64,000 nt of DNA from positions 123,504,001-123,568,000 of the forward strand of contig NC_043001.1 in the NCBI RefSeq assembly GCF_006345805.1, given 5' to 3'. Origin of the DNA: Octopus sinensis. Taxonomy: Eukaryota. Shown here in pieces: positions 13,002 to 26,029 of this stretch (within the stretch, counting starts at the first letter, position 1; every line of letters begins with the position of its first letter). The notes beneath the pieces were generated by a model. That model saw nothing but the letters and a program-made list of their open reading frames with translations. It ran no database searches and was not told the DNA's origin. The translations under genes and the position numbers were made by a program.

Positions 13002-13670
13002 CAACATGTGTGTGTGTGTATGTATTTACAAAGAAACTGTACCGGTTTCGGTTGTTAGTCCTGTTCGATACTGGCCAACACAGGACTAAAACAGCAGCAA
13101 CAACAACTGAACTACCAGAGACAGAGATAGAAGAAGGTGTGTGAGCAGTAGTACTAAAACAGACACGAAGAAGACTAAACTGAATTGGTACGCAGTGTCA
13201 ACGTGTATCCAAGCCAAACATGTTTTTGCTTCGTGTTGCTGTATTATAAACTCATTATATTATTAACTGAGAATGTTTAATATTATCTAAATATACACAC
13301 ACCCACTCGCGAGTGCGTCCGCACACATATATTTTTTAAAAATTTTATTTAGTTTCAGCTCACAAGCTGTGGCCATGGTGGGGCTCCGCCATTTATATGC
13401 TTATAAATTTTACGTAAGTATATGAATTCATGTATCGTAGAGGTTAAGGTGTTGAGCTCACAAGTAAAAGGACTAATTGGCGTGTTGAGTCTTTGATCCT
13501 TTGATTGAGGCACTTCACTTCACGTTTCCCCAGACCACTGAAACTGGGTGTAAGTTATAATCCCCCCTCCCACCCAATACGCGTGTAATTGTATTCACTT
13601 CCTTTATTATTTTAGCAGGCTGGCAGGTGAGGAATTTCACTGGCCCGACGATAAACCTCGTTAGGGGCTT

Positions 13671-13727
13671 TGATTGTCACACGCTGATGACGGGTTATTA
13701 CCGAGAAACCCGGTTCAGTGTGTATCA
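13671..13727 (+). ncRNA. Minimal type-I hammerhead ribozyme candidate
   Basis: CTGATGA (13684-13690); stem II CGG/CCG; GAAAC (13705-13709); stem III ACC-C-GGT; GUU triplet. Stem I: CACACG (13678-83) pairs with C(A)GTGTG (13716-22), extended by TGAT/ATCA. Confidence 0.6.
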
Positions 13728-13900
13728 CATAAGGCTAAAGATCGGACACAGATAGTATGTCGTTAGCCAGGTGGAGGAGATGTCTTCCTGGGGCTATAAA
13801 CAACAGTAGCATCGTCCCATATGGGTCAGCTACAGTTAGGTGGCAAATATACTTCACCATGTCGTGCTGCTACTGTTTACATCTCGCTCAGAGATTTATT

Positions 13901-13946
<46 letters not shown>

Positions 13947-13964
13947 TGTGTGTATGTGTGTATG

Positions 13965-14001
<37 letters not shown>

Positions 14002-15878
14002 ATAAATACGTACAGAAACACTTTAAAGTAAAAATGAAAGTGTTCACTCTCAATATTTAGTTACCAACAATGCAAGTGCTACAATTTCTCGATTCTTTAG
14101 TTATTAATTATTTCATATTACAATTATATATTCACTCTACAACGACGCAATAGTCACTACTTACTATTAAACCGAAATCCTATAAAACTTGAATAGAAAT
14201 GAATTTTAAATTTGAATTAGAACTGAAACTGAAATTTCAGTGTTTCGGTTTTCAACCCTTTTCACTGCTGAAATGCGATATGATAACTGAAAATTTCATT
14301 GCCCTTAACTGCCAAAAGCAGTTCCACAGAATAGTCTATTTTGGATTGAGGAATACCATGTTTGAAATAATTTTTCCGTTATTTAATTTTTCTATTGTTG
14401 AAATATATCATGTTTACTGAGGCAGCGTGTCTTGAGGAAAATACCTATCCAATTTTTCGGAAGATATTTAACATCATTACTGGGATAACCATGAAATTTA
14501 ATTTCACAGTTGAAGGGTTAATAATAAACTTATAACTATACACTTCTTCATTGACAATATGTTCTTTCACTTTAAGTGTAACCCATATATATATTTGTGT
14601 GCCTAATATGCCATGTTCCTCTTTGTCTCTGCCTGCCTGTCCGTCTGTATGTCCGTCCATCCACCAGTCAGTCGTCCAGTCTGTCTGTTTTTTATTGACC
14701 TTCTCAACCTGCTTTTTTTTCAGTACTTCTTCTGTCTTTCATCTATTTAAAACAGTGTCGTCAATAATAGTCATTCTGAGGTCTGTGTTTTTATTTTATC
14801 TGGAATTCTAAGAAACAGACTTACAAAAAAAGAAAAATGAAAAATAAAATAAAATGAATAAATAAGTAAAACAAGGATTGTTATCACAAAAGAATACAAG
14901 TGAAAGAAAGAAAGAACGAAATAGAGGAAAATAGACAAGTGAGAATCACAGGTTACCAAAAGAGTGCACATTGCCGCAGAAGATATTTATAACCATTTCT
15001 AGAAAGGAAAGAACTGGAAATGAAATAGAAATTGATGTGAATCGTTGAATCGTTGAAGAGAATGGTTTGTTTGTTTGTTGGTTGGTTAGTTGGTTGGTGG
15101 CTCAAAATGAATTCATTGCATTTTATTTTTATAACTTCAAAGGTTCTCGAGAATACTCACGAAATAGACCTAATAATATATAGGTTTCTTATAGTTCTAG
15201 AAAGTTCATTGAGAACTATCCAGTGCGATCTATTTAACGAGAACAATACACGGCGCACAATTCCATACTGTTAACTTATCTCACCTCTCACGCACAGGCC
15301 GATACTTCCAAGTTCACTCAAGCAAATTTTTACGGCTTACACAATTAATCGTCAAAAGGAAAAAAAAAACCCAAACGAACAAAAAAAAAACGATGGCTTT
15401 ACGGCCGGTTGTTTTATCAAAATCCCATGTGTTATAAGAAGATATCATATCCGTCTTTCTGCAGCTGATGTCTTCGAGTAGTTCAACAGAATTTTTACGC
15501 GAAAAGTCAATAGGAAAACGTGTTGTTCTTTTTTCCTCTGTTACCATAAATGCTAAAAATATTTCTGTATACAGAAATTGCTTAAGGTATTTCGTATAAC
15601 AATTTTTTTATCCCTGAATTATACTTTTTCCTAATATTGGTTCTATAAAGACGTAGACATAATTTTGTGCTGCAAATTCCGGATCCATCATTATACTTAT
15701 TCAGAAATATACGGAAAATTGTGTGTAGGGATGTGTGTGTGCGCGCGCGTGCACGTGGATGTATGCTCATGTATGTATCGATACATACCTACATCTATCT
15801 GTCTATCAATCAATTTATCTATCTATCTGTTTGTGTGTCTGTCTATGTGTATGTATGCATGTACGTATGTATGTATGC

Positions 15879-15982
<104 letters not shown>

Positions 15983-15991
15983 CATCCATAC

Positions 15992-16032
<41 letters not shown>

Positions 16033-17444
16033 GTTAAGTTCGACTTTTTTGTGGTACAAAGACACAGAGAAACCTATAACAATCGCGAATGTCATAAAAG
16101 AAACCGTTGCATCGCTAATTATACGCTATGTAGCTATTTGTTATATTTATGAATTCTTCTATTTAGCTAATGAGAGTAAATGAAAAAATCATTCCTCACT
16201 GAAGAGACGATATCCAGCACAGTGTGAATGAGTAAAACTCTTTAGTGAACAAAAGTGGTAAATGGTCTCATAGGTTGTGAATAAAGACGAAGAAAATACA
16301 AATGACCGCTGAGGGAGAAGCAGCAACGCGTTAAGTGTAATGAATGCTAAGAGCTTATGACTAATGAGTGGTGCGTTGAAAATCTTCATTAAATCTGGAT
16401 AAAATCAACGAGAAAAGTCTGCACTGTTTAGTGTATGACTGTGGTATATAATCGTCATCCTTTAACCGTTGTGAGCGCGATTCATTCATAGGTCACGTAT
16501 TTAGGGGCGATGGCTTGGTTTATGAAGCCGCGAATATTCACGAAGTACGTAGACGACAAATATTGCTTTGACAAACGTTCTATTTTACAGTTTCCTATGT
16601 TCACTCACCATCATGTTGAAAATCTGCCGAATGAGTGCCACTTTCTTCTTTTTATCCTCCCCCCAAAATAGTACATTCAAATTATCGGGTTTATTCAATC
16701 GATTTTACTCTCCACGATAAATAGGGTAAATTTGTCGCCTTGTGCTTGTATTGCTAAATAACATTATCTATAACACTCATAATCAGTCGCTATCATTATT
16801 ATGACCATGGTCTTAATCATCATCATCATCATCATCATCATCGTCATTATCATCGTCATCACCATTTTCATCGCTATTGTTATTAAAATTTTAATTGTTG
16901 ATTTAAGTACTTTTGTGTTATTGGAAAACTAGTCAATAAATCCTTTTGATGACCAAAAATATTATCAGTTTATACACAATAACGCCATTTTGTTTGTCCT
17001 ATGAGTCGCAGATCCTGTTTAGTTGTATTGTATTGGTATCGAGAGTGCTAAGTAAAAGGTGACGGATAAACTATAAGTCTATTTTTCACATTTATAACAG
17101 TTTTGGTATAGAGATTAATGGAACTCTTGGGATACAATGCCATTAACGCCGGTCCTTCATATGGCTTTCTGCATTAAGTTCCTATTAACAATATATAACT
17201 GTCAATAAATGTATGCGTTTATTTTCCCACGATTGATATTGATGTTGATTTCGTCTTTAGTCGTTGTATTACTATAATTTGTTCGTTAATAAAATAAATA
17301 CAGTGTAGGCAAAAATGAATATACTCTACTCTTGATTTTTCTTCTGAGAGAGATAATAAGAGAAGCATAATAACCAGATTGATAAGAATGATGGTATGAA
17401 ACAGAACCATTTTAGAGGAAAGTTATATATACATATACATATAG

Positions 17445-17845
17445 GCGCACTAGTGGCTGTGTGGTAAGTAGCCTGCTAACCAACCACATGGTTCCGGGTT
17501 CAGTCCCACTGCGTGGCATCTTGGGCAAGTGTCTTCTGCTATAGCCCCGGGCCGACCAATGCCTTGTGAGTGGATTTGGTAGACGGAAACTGAAAGAAGC
17601 CTGTCGTATATATGCATGTATATATATATATGTGTGTGTGTGTGTTGTATGTCTGTGTTTGTCCTCCTAGCATTTGCTTGACAACCGATGCTGGTGTGTT
17701 TACGTCCCCGTCACTTAGCGGTTCGGCAAAAGAGAATAGAATAAGTACTGGGCTTACAAAAAATAAGTCCCGGGCTCGATTTGCTCGACTAAAGGCGATG
17801 CTCCAGCATGGCCGCAGTCAAATGACTGAAACAAGTAAAAGAAAG
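17445..17845 (+). mobile_element. SINE-B, full length
   Basis: tRNA-like head GTGGCTGTGTGGTAAG...GGTTCAGTCCC, CORE-like TTGGGCAAGTGTCTT, internal (TA)n(GT)n, and tail CAGCATGGCCGCAGTCAAATGACTGAAACAAGTAAAAGA. Confidence 0.95.
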
Positions 17846-19154
17846 AATAAGAATAGAATATCCATCTACCCATACATACACACACACGCACACACACACG
17901 TATTTTTCGACTTCATTTTACCCGTAAAGTTAAAACGAAACAGTTTAAACATTAACTCATGTAGTCTCGCGCATTAACCTGTCAGCTTATTCGCCTTCAT
18001 TCAAAATAGCAATAACTGCTTCTAACATACGTGCACAACCTGAAATTTGCGTTGTTCTGTGTTTCATCGACACCTTGGAGATGGAAAAAAGCTGATCTCC
18101 ATGGAATTTTGAAGTCAGAATGTAAAAACCGGAACTAAATATCATAAGGCTTTTCTTTCGATGCTGTAACAATTCTGTCAACCCATCATCGTATTTATGA
18201 TAATAATATTTCTAACATAGGCAGAAGGCCAGACTTTTCAGGATAAGAGTTAAGCGATTAAATCATATCTGTTCTTGACTCGTACTTAGATTTATTGATC
18301 TCGGAAGGGTGAGAAAAGAAATTGACCTCAACAGCATATTATTTCTAAATGAGGTACAAGGCTGACAATTTAGAGGTCGTTTGGTCGATTACATCGACCC
18401 CTCTGTTTACTGGTACATTATTTTATGGCTTCCGAAAGGTTGAAAGCCAAAGTTGACCTTGATAGGATTCGAGCTTTGAACCTAAAGAGCCGGAACAGAT
18501 ATCCACAAAGAATTTAGATTGGAGTTCGTTAACGGTGATTTTAATAGCTGTTTGTGATAAGATCACATACCTGTGTCATCTTGTTTCTTTTATTATTATT
18601 TTTTTTTGGTCCTGTGCTAACATAATAGCATGCGGGCGAAATATGTAGTCGACTATTTGTCAATTGATTCGAGATATGCTTGAATACACATTTCACCGAT
18701 ATGAGTTGGTCGAAAACTAAAATGATCCTGGCATGATTCGAACACACAATCTAGAGCATGGGATATAAATACTTTAAAACATTTAGTCCACAGGGCTACT
18801 ATTTCTGCTATGACATTGATCCGTAGTAGCAATTTATAATGTAACATTTATAGTAGACATTTCAATTGTCTGTCTTTACCGTTTTTAAATAACTAGGTAA
18901 TGCTATCCGCTTAATAATTCTAAAATAGATGAAAATCATATTTATCTACTATTATGGCTTTAAAAGTTTCTGTTCTTAAAAATAAAACTGAGATATTTGA
19001 AAAAGGAATTAAGGTGTGAACAGCTTCCAAAACCATTAAAGCATGCACAAAGATGGCCCGTCATGACGATAATGATTGGCTTGAAATAATGGCGACATGG
19101 AGTAATCTGTTGACAGTCGAGAAGCTAATGGTGATTGTTAATCTCTTGTTGCAG

Positions 19155-19207
19155 GCGCGTATTGCTTCCGAGAAGTATTGCTTCTCGAGGACATTCGTTG
19201 CATGAAT
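19155..19207 (+). CDS. Candidate internal exon of an unidentified gene
   Basis: Acceptor TTAATCTCTTGTTGCAG and donor AAT|GTAAGG; 53 nt; open as xAYCFREVLLLEDIRCMN (phase 1-0). No recognisable family. Confidence 0.2.
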
Positions 19208-19384
19208 GTAAGGCCTGCAATACATATCTATGAATGCAAATAATAAATCCTATTTTAATGTAAATTTTTATAAGAGGTAGATTGAAAGAATGTGTATACG
19301 TGATATACGTACACTACTTGAATTATATACGTGTGATTTTTAAAATACTATGCTCTAGTTTTAAGTATAGGAGTATACAATGGA

Positions 19385-19710
19385 CTGGATCGCCGTCGGT
19401 TACCACGAGGAGTGTTCCACTTGATTCGATCAACAGAAGAGCCTCCTCGTGAAATTAACGTGCAAATTGCCGAGCACTCCACAAACACGTGTACCCTTAA
19501 CGTAGTTCTCGGGGATATTCAGCGTGACACAGAGAGAGTGACAAGGCCGGCCATTTTCAATTACAGGTACAACTAATATTTGCTGGGCGGGAAGATTGGA
19601 GCAACAGGAAATAAAGTGTCTTGCTGAAGGATACAATCTGCCGCCGGAATTGAACTCATGACCTTACGATCGCGATTCGAATACTCTTGCCATTAAGCCA
19701 CGAGCATTTA
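19385..19710 (-). mobile_element. SINE-A, near full length
   Basis: Reverse complement of 40370-40655 (GAAATTAACGTGCAA, CCCTTAACGTAGTTCTC, CAGCGTGACACAGAG, GAATTGAACTC...TAAGCCACG). Confidence 0.9.
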
Positions 19711-19712
19711 TA

Positions 19713-19830
19713 GCTTGCTTCCCAACCACACGGTTCCAGGTTCAGTCCCACTGTGTAACACATTGGGTAAGTGTCTTCTACTATAGCCTCGGCAAAAGAA
19801 ATCGATATAGTATCAGGTTTTAAAAAAATA
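19713..19830 (+). mobile_element. SINE-B fragment abutting SINE-A
   Basis: GCTTGCTTCCCAACCACACGGTTCCAGGTTCAGTCCCACTG...GGGTAAGTGTCTTCTACTATAGCCTCGG. Confidence 0.8.
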
Positions 19831-20259
19831 AGCGCCGGGGTAAATTTTCATACATACATATATACATACATACATATTTACATACATACATACATATATA
19901 TAAAGATATATATATATATATAAATTCACTGGTACGTCAGTTGAATACCACATAAATATGGATATAATGCAAATTACAAACAATAAATTAAATAGAGAGA
20001 CTCAATTGGCAATCTAATAATTTATTTATGTTATGATGTAACAATATACTATGAATATAATATAATATAATATAACAAAATAAAATTATAAAAAAAATGT
20101 AAACACCCAACAAATTGTTTCGACTTATATACATTATTTGATTTATAAACAATGCATCTCCACTTATATAAGTCTCATCAGAGCTATCGTTTATAGACAG
20201 ACAAATTCTGTGTAAAAGGAATATGTATACATACAAACATACATACATACATACATACG

Positions 20260-20321
<62 letters not shown>

Positions 20322-22959
20322 CAATGGTGATTTCAATACCTATGAAGAATAACATGCAAGTTACAGTCTCCGAAGAATACTCAATATAAGCTTGGCGTTG
20401 CTAGTAAGGCAGATCTTTGTTCTGCAAAACGTCAGTAACAGACATGTAATTCCTGAGAAGATCGTGAAAGCGACTTCGCTGTTCACTATCTGTATAGTGT
20501 AATTTATCATAGTAGTAGTAGGTTCAATTTAATGAAGATCCCCAAGGTAGAAGTTTATTCTGCTGTTTTTTTTTATTAGAACAAGACAAACAAAAAGAGC
20601 ATAAATATTCGAAACTAATATGATTCGAAGTCACAGTGCTACTATTTCTGCTACCGTCTGAGATTGCCAGCCATAGCGTTTCAATTATGTCATAATACAG
20701 TTCGTCGCCGTTTATAAATAGCTGGGTAATGATAGCCATTCAAGAATTATAAAACGCGAGAAATGAGGGACCACGCATGAAACTCGGTACTTGAAAACGA
20801 TGCCATTCAAACATTTAAAAGTCCCGTTGTTATTTATTGTTTAATTCATATTTCGAAACTGTTGAAGAGGAAATAAGGCACTCAAGGATTATACAACCCC
20901 TCTTTATATTAATTAGGTCAACATGTTGACTGTTTTAATTAGTAGAATTTAATCGTAATTAGTTGAATTAATATGCCCTTCTAAAGTGATTACAATAACT
21001 TAGCACAATGAGAAACCGCTCTTAAATATTTAGTCCTCACCGCTTTAAGACATTCAGCAGAGATCGAAACATGTTCCGAACAAGAGTAGTTATTGACTCG
21101 CTGATCGATATTGGAAACGTTAAAGAAAGGAAAAAAAAAAAGGAAATAAAATAAAAGTAGTTAACTGCAGTAGCAGAAGACCAAATTAACCCCGTCTATG
21201 ATCCGTTTTGTCTGCTTCGCATCCATTTATTTGTACGATAAGAATAATAGTATTTTATTTGAACGTTTGCATAATATTTCTTCATTGATTATTTTTAAAG
21301 TCTTACTCACCAGCAACCGTTGCAATTATTATGTAGATGAGGAACTTGCTCGTCTGTTAGGCAGATTGAAGCAGTCAAAGTTATGTACTTTGCTTACGGA
21401 TCAATCTAATGATGGTATATTTCACTAATCTTTCATCTATCTTCGAAACAGCTGTACAACAGCTTAATTACTGGACCGTTTATATATAGATGCCTTTGTT
21501 TATCTTTACAGTTGGAAAGACCATGAATTATACTCTATAGTGTATACAAATAGTTGATAATGGCGTTGAGTGCTGTTCACCAACATACTTGTAACAAAAA
21601 TCATGTGATGTTTTCGTTTTTCGTTTCGTGACGATCTTGTTCTTTTTAGCTGTATGCAGGAAACCTTACACTACATTATGTAACTTGTCTTTCTTTTTTT
21701 GTGTGTGAGTAAGACCGTAGGGCTTAATTTGAGACAGAGTTGCTCGCTACTTTTAACAGATTGAGTAATCACCTACAGGCTACCTCATTTGTTTGAATAT
21801 TCCTGCTGATAAAGATAAGCGTTCTCACTGAGATAATTAAGATGCTGGTATTAGAATTAATTCACCCTCGAGGGAGATTGTCAATGGATGCCATGCTGAT
21901 TCCCTAACAAGTTGCTAAATATCCATAATTCATACCAACATGCTTTGTCTTTCGTAAAATGAACCTAGAATGTGTCATCAAATTCGTCGAAAACGATTCT
22001 CTGAGGTCATCAGAAGAACATTTAAATTGCTAACATTTGCTTACGGGGCAGCTCACTCTCTTCCCAGATCTGGAAATGTATATACTTCAGAAGCATAGAA
22101 CAAAACCACCGAAACAGAGTCATGTGTTACTTAGTTGTCCGCTTTGACTGGACACATCGATAATCTCCAGTCATGTGACATTTAAAATTATTTGATCACA
22201 TTAACTTCAAGCGAAAATACGCAGCTTCTTCGGAAATACAGCGAATATTCATCACCCGAACATAAAAAAGAAACAGTATGATAATGCAATGGTATTTTAC
22301 GCAGAATTATAGATCTATAAAAAATCAGTTGCCAGGTGAAAATTAAAATTCCAATCAAAACAAAATTTAGAATATATTCTATCATTTATTTTTTTTATAA
22401 TTAATGGTCACTCAATGAAAAATTCAATATCTGTCATGAATGAAGTTCATCAAATCTACTAATACATATCATACTTCTTTTAGTTATATGCCACTACACA
22501 CTCTCTCTCTCCTACATATAAACCGACAAAGCATTATCTATGTGTAAGCGTTCGGTTCGCTAGAAGTAGCAGCAAAATAAGGGTTCTATGCTACGATCTT
22601 TAAAGTAGACGAAAAATCGTTCCGTCAGCGGTAAAGGGGAAACACTAGATGCGTTTCAGTCTTTATGGACTTAGACGAAATTTATCCTCCCTAATACATG
22701 TGTGTGTGTTTGTGTATAAATATATATATATATTTCTGTGAGAGAGGTTGGGAAACCAATCAACTAAGGTATAATACCTGTCCAATATACTGCTGGTAGT
22801 GTACCCAATTATTCATACCCAAATACTGGATATTGCGTGGCAATCTCGCAATTGAGTGTAATATATGGGCGGGAGTAAAAAGCATTAGAACGTATTAGAA
22901 GAAAACATACACATTTAGTAAATATTTGTTATACACTCATGTATTAATTAATATTACAG

Positions 22960-23163
22960 AAAAGAGCAAAAGATCAGTTCCTTACGGCCGTTTCTACCAA
23001 GAGGCAACGACATCATCCACGCCATTTCAATCTCTTCAGTGTTCTGTAGGGATGGGCAAATAAATTTTGGATGATGGGTGTACCTCTAGGCTTCTTCAGA
23101 GGGTCTAAGTGGTTAGGAAGGCTAACCCCTTAGACCCTCTGAAGAAGCCTAGAGGTTTCACCC
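22960..23163 (-). mobile_element. Penelope-like remnant with split hammerhead and inverted terminal duplication
   Basis: Minus strand: CCCT-CTGAAGA-A-GCC-TAGA-GGT (from 23099), then a ~85-nt insert, then GAAAC-GGCC-GT-A-AGG (22994-22980). 23082-23109 is perfectly inverted at 23129-23156. Confidence 0.6.
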
Positions 23164-23839
23164 ACAAGATAATCAACAGCAACGCCAAATGTGAATTGAC
23201 AGAATCAGACCGTCGGACAAAATATCTTACTGTATTTCTTTTGACTCAGCGGTTCGAGTTCAAATTCCGAAGCTTTTCGGTGTCAATGAAAATTAAAAAC
23301 AACAGTCATGTACTGGAGAGAAAGTAAACGACTAGCCCATTCCCTTCATAATATTGACTCTCTGCCTAAATTAGAAACATCTACTGTTAAGCCTCTCACC
23401 AACTCTTATTATGAAGGCCTATAGTCAAAATCCTTCCAGTTATGACAACAGTGATTTCTCGCAGACATAAGGTAGCCAGGTCTATAGTTATATTATCTAA
23501 AATATTTTTTATTTCATGTTTTAGGATAGAAGAGTGAATAGTGATTTGAGGGTTATTTAGTTACTATTTCTAACATATCTAGTGATCACGTAGAAGCTAC
23601 GTACTTTAATCCTATTGTCCTAACAGGTGGACCGAAAATAGATTGAGCTGGGTGAATATATTATAATCGAAACCTTGCTGGAATGTGTCGAAGTATTCAT
23701 GTGAAAATCCGGTATGAAAGATTTTCAGAGAATAATTTTCATAAAGACAAGTGCTATTTCATTTCTTTACATATGCTATTTCCTAAGTTCAGCTATGTAT
23801 GTATGTATGTATGTATGTATGTATGTATGTATCGTCCGC

Positions 23840-24012
23840 TTTAACACAAACACCTGTCACCTGGTATGAAGTTAGTGGACTCAGTTCTATTGCAAGTACT
23901 CGGCACAGACCACCTATTTGAGGATATTTCCTTCCCACCTGCCACCCTCCCCAGCCGTCTCACCGGCCTTGTAAAGATCCTGTGCGCTACCCTCCGGTTT
24001 TCAATAAAAATA
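23840..24012 (+). mobile_element. Probable retroelement 3' fragment
   Basis: GC-richer ~170-bp block between (TATG)n and (GT)n that ends CTCCGGTTTTCAATAAAAATAATA. Family not identified. Confidence 0.35.
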
Positions 24013-24039
24013 ATATATGTATATATATGTGTGTGTGTG

Positions 24040-24117
<78 letters not shown>

Positions 24118-24857
24118 GTATATATAAAACATCTATGCAAGTTAGCGATCTAGTATTTTATTCAGATTCTTTGCAATCTGATTTCATATCCTGCCGATGT
24201 CAACTTTAACTTTCCTTTCTTTCGGGTTCTACAAAATATCTTGTGGTATCTGCTCCGGCCTTTTGCTTTTGTTCTGACCCTAGTCTGTAGCCCTTCCTCT
24301 TAACTAGTACCGTTTTCTCCAGCATATAAGTCGACATAGTATATAATGTAAACATGTAGTGTAAGCCTTCAAATACCGTCACTATCTTGAAAAATCTTTC
24401 TTTCTGCATTTCATATGGCAATTTTTAGTCCGCCAATGTCGAATTTGTGTATAAGTCAATCTACCACTTTTAACTGTCAATTTTGGTCTGAAAAATTCGA
24501 TTTGATTGTTGAAAGTATAATAAAACACTGGTAACCAGACTTTCAGAAAAAATAAAATGATTGCCTTGGTCTGAGTAGATACTTGGTCAACATGAACATA
24601 TGTATTTTATCTTACTTTTTCTAATAATTTGAATTCTGCCAATAAAGAACGAGTTGATTTCTAGTAAAAGAAAGAAAGCTCCACTAATGGAATTTAGACA
24701 ACAATAACGATGTTAAACTTTAGGAACATGTTGAAATTTAATAAAGTGTTCCATATTTTCGTTGTTTCTTTTATAGATGGCATGTGTTATATCTATATTA
24801 GCTAGTAATTTTCATTACATAACTTCAGCTTGGCGAGATTGCCATATAAACATTGAC

Positions 24858-25293
24858 GGATCTTTTCAGCATGAACGGCAGTTTTTAACATAATTTCTAG
24901 GTAACAGAAAAATTTTAAACTTCGTATACTGGTAGAATGTGTTTATAAAAGATTTTTTCTCTTGGCTTTATTGAGAAAATTCTATAGTTTGTAAGATATT
25001 TGTTGTTTTTTTTTCTTCAATTTCTGCAATTTCAACCAATTACTGACGTCTGTTGGGGTAAAAAACATTCTGTGTCGTATGAATATGTCTCTCGTTTAAG
25101 AAACAGATTGGGTTTATTTACATTTGTGAAGAAAAACTATACCCTTCCTCCTTCCCCCCACCTCTAACCCTAACACTAACCCTAACCCTAAAATAGATTG
25201 AAATGCAATAGATCGATACTAGGGTCATAATTATGGGTGACAATTTCATATGACACCGCTAGAAAAAAACTGCCGTTCAAACCGAAATGATCC
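24858..25293. mobile_element. MITE with 8-bp TSD and GG termini (Merlin-like or hAT-like)
   Basis: TIRs GGATCTTTTCAGCATGAACGGCAGTTTTT and, reverse-complemented, GGATCATTTCGGTTTGAACGGCAGTTTTT. Perfect TSD ACATTGAC at 24850-24857 and 25294-25301. Internal (CCCTAA)n at 25164-25191. Confidence 0.9.
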
Positions 25294-26029
25294 ACATTGA
25301 CTAACATATCTAAGTACATCAATAACCACAGGTATAGATCTGAGTTTATAATCTGGGCACACAAGCAGTAGGTTTTGAAGCAGATACATATAAATATTCT
25401 TTTTTTTCACTGATTTTGAAAGGAAATGTTCACATCTGTAGAGCAACTGACCTCTATGACCCTATAACACAATTTTTCTTTTCTGTCTCCGCCAACTATA
25501 TCATGCCTGTTATGTTTGCATTTAGCAGACGTTTTGATGGGAATGTTACACTAATATTCCTTCTATGTATGTATGTAATTACGTATGTATGTGTATATTT
25601 AGCTATGCATAACCGTTTTTCTAGTCTACGTATCTGAGACTAGTAGCGAACGTAATCCCCAGCAAATTCACACACCTAAATGTATATTTGAATACGTAAT
25701 TGACACAGAAACACGGTGGAATGATACACCCATACATTCACACTATCTTTCGAAAGCACTGACTAATGTACTTCTAGATCCATTACATTAAGCTAGAATA
25801 TATGACGGGATGCGTCAGGCTGGAGTGCCGTTAGTATAAACCCTAATCTATCAAGCTGTCATCATCATCATCATCATGCTCATCTCATTCACGTTGTGGT
25901 CAGAATCATCATAATCATCGTCGTTGTCGTCGCCGTTATCATCATCATCATCATCATCATCATCCTCAACAACATAACCTGAAGCCGGTATACTATTTGG
26001 GATGCCACGCATAAACAAGGGTAAACAAT

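Noticed and set aside
15314-15547. 77-aa minus ORF with a hydrophobic end
   Set aside because: The hydrophobicity comes from T homopolymers, and its phase does not fit the neighbouring candidate donor.
16603-16618. Minus-strand CAACATGATG|GTGAGT (good start context plus donor)
   Set aside because: Attractive but only 16 nt of evidence; no compatible downstream exon was found.
20524-20739. 71-aa minus ORF AIITQLFINGDELYYDIIETLW
   Set aside because: No splice support or family motif.
22045-22069. 25-nt minus micro-exon IWEESELP with TTTCCAG and GTAAGC
   Set aside because: Splice-like pairs this short arise by chance in 64 kb; it cannot be linked to other exons.
25164-25191. Telomeric repeat as a real telomere or fusion scar
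   Set aside because: Only about four hexamers, and they lie inside a TSD-flanked MITE.
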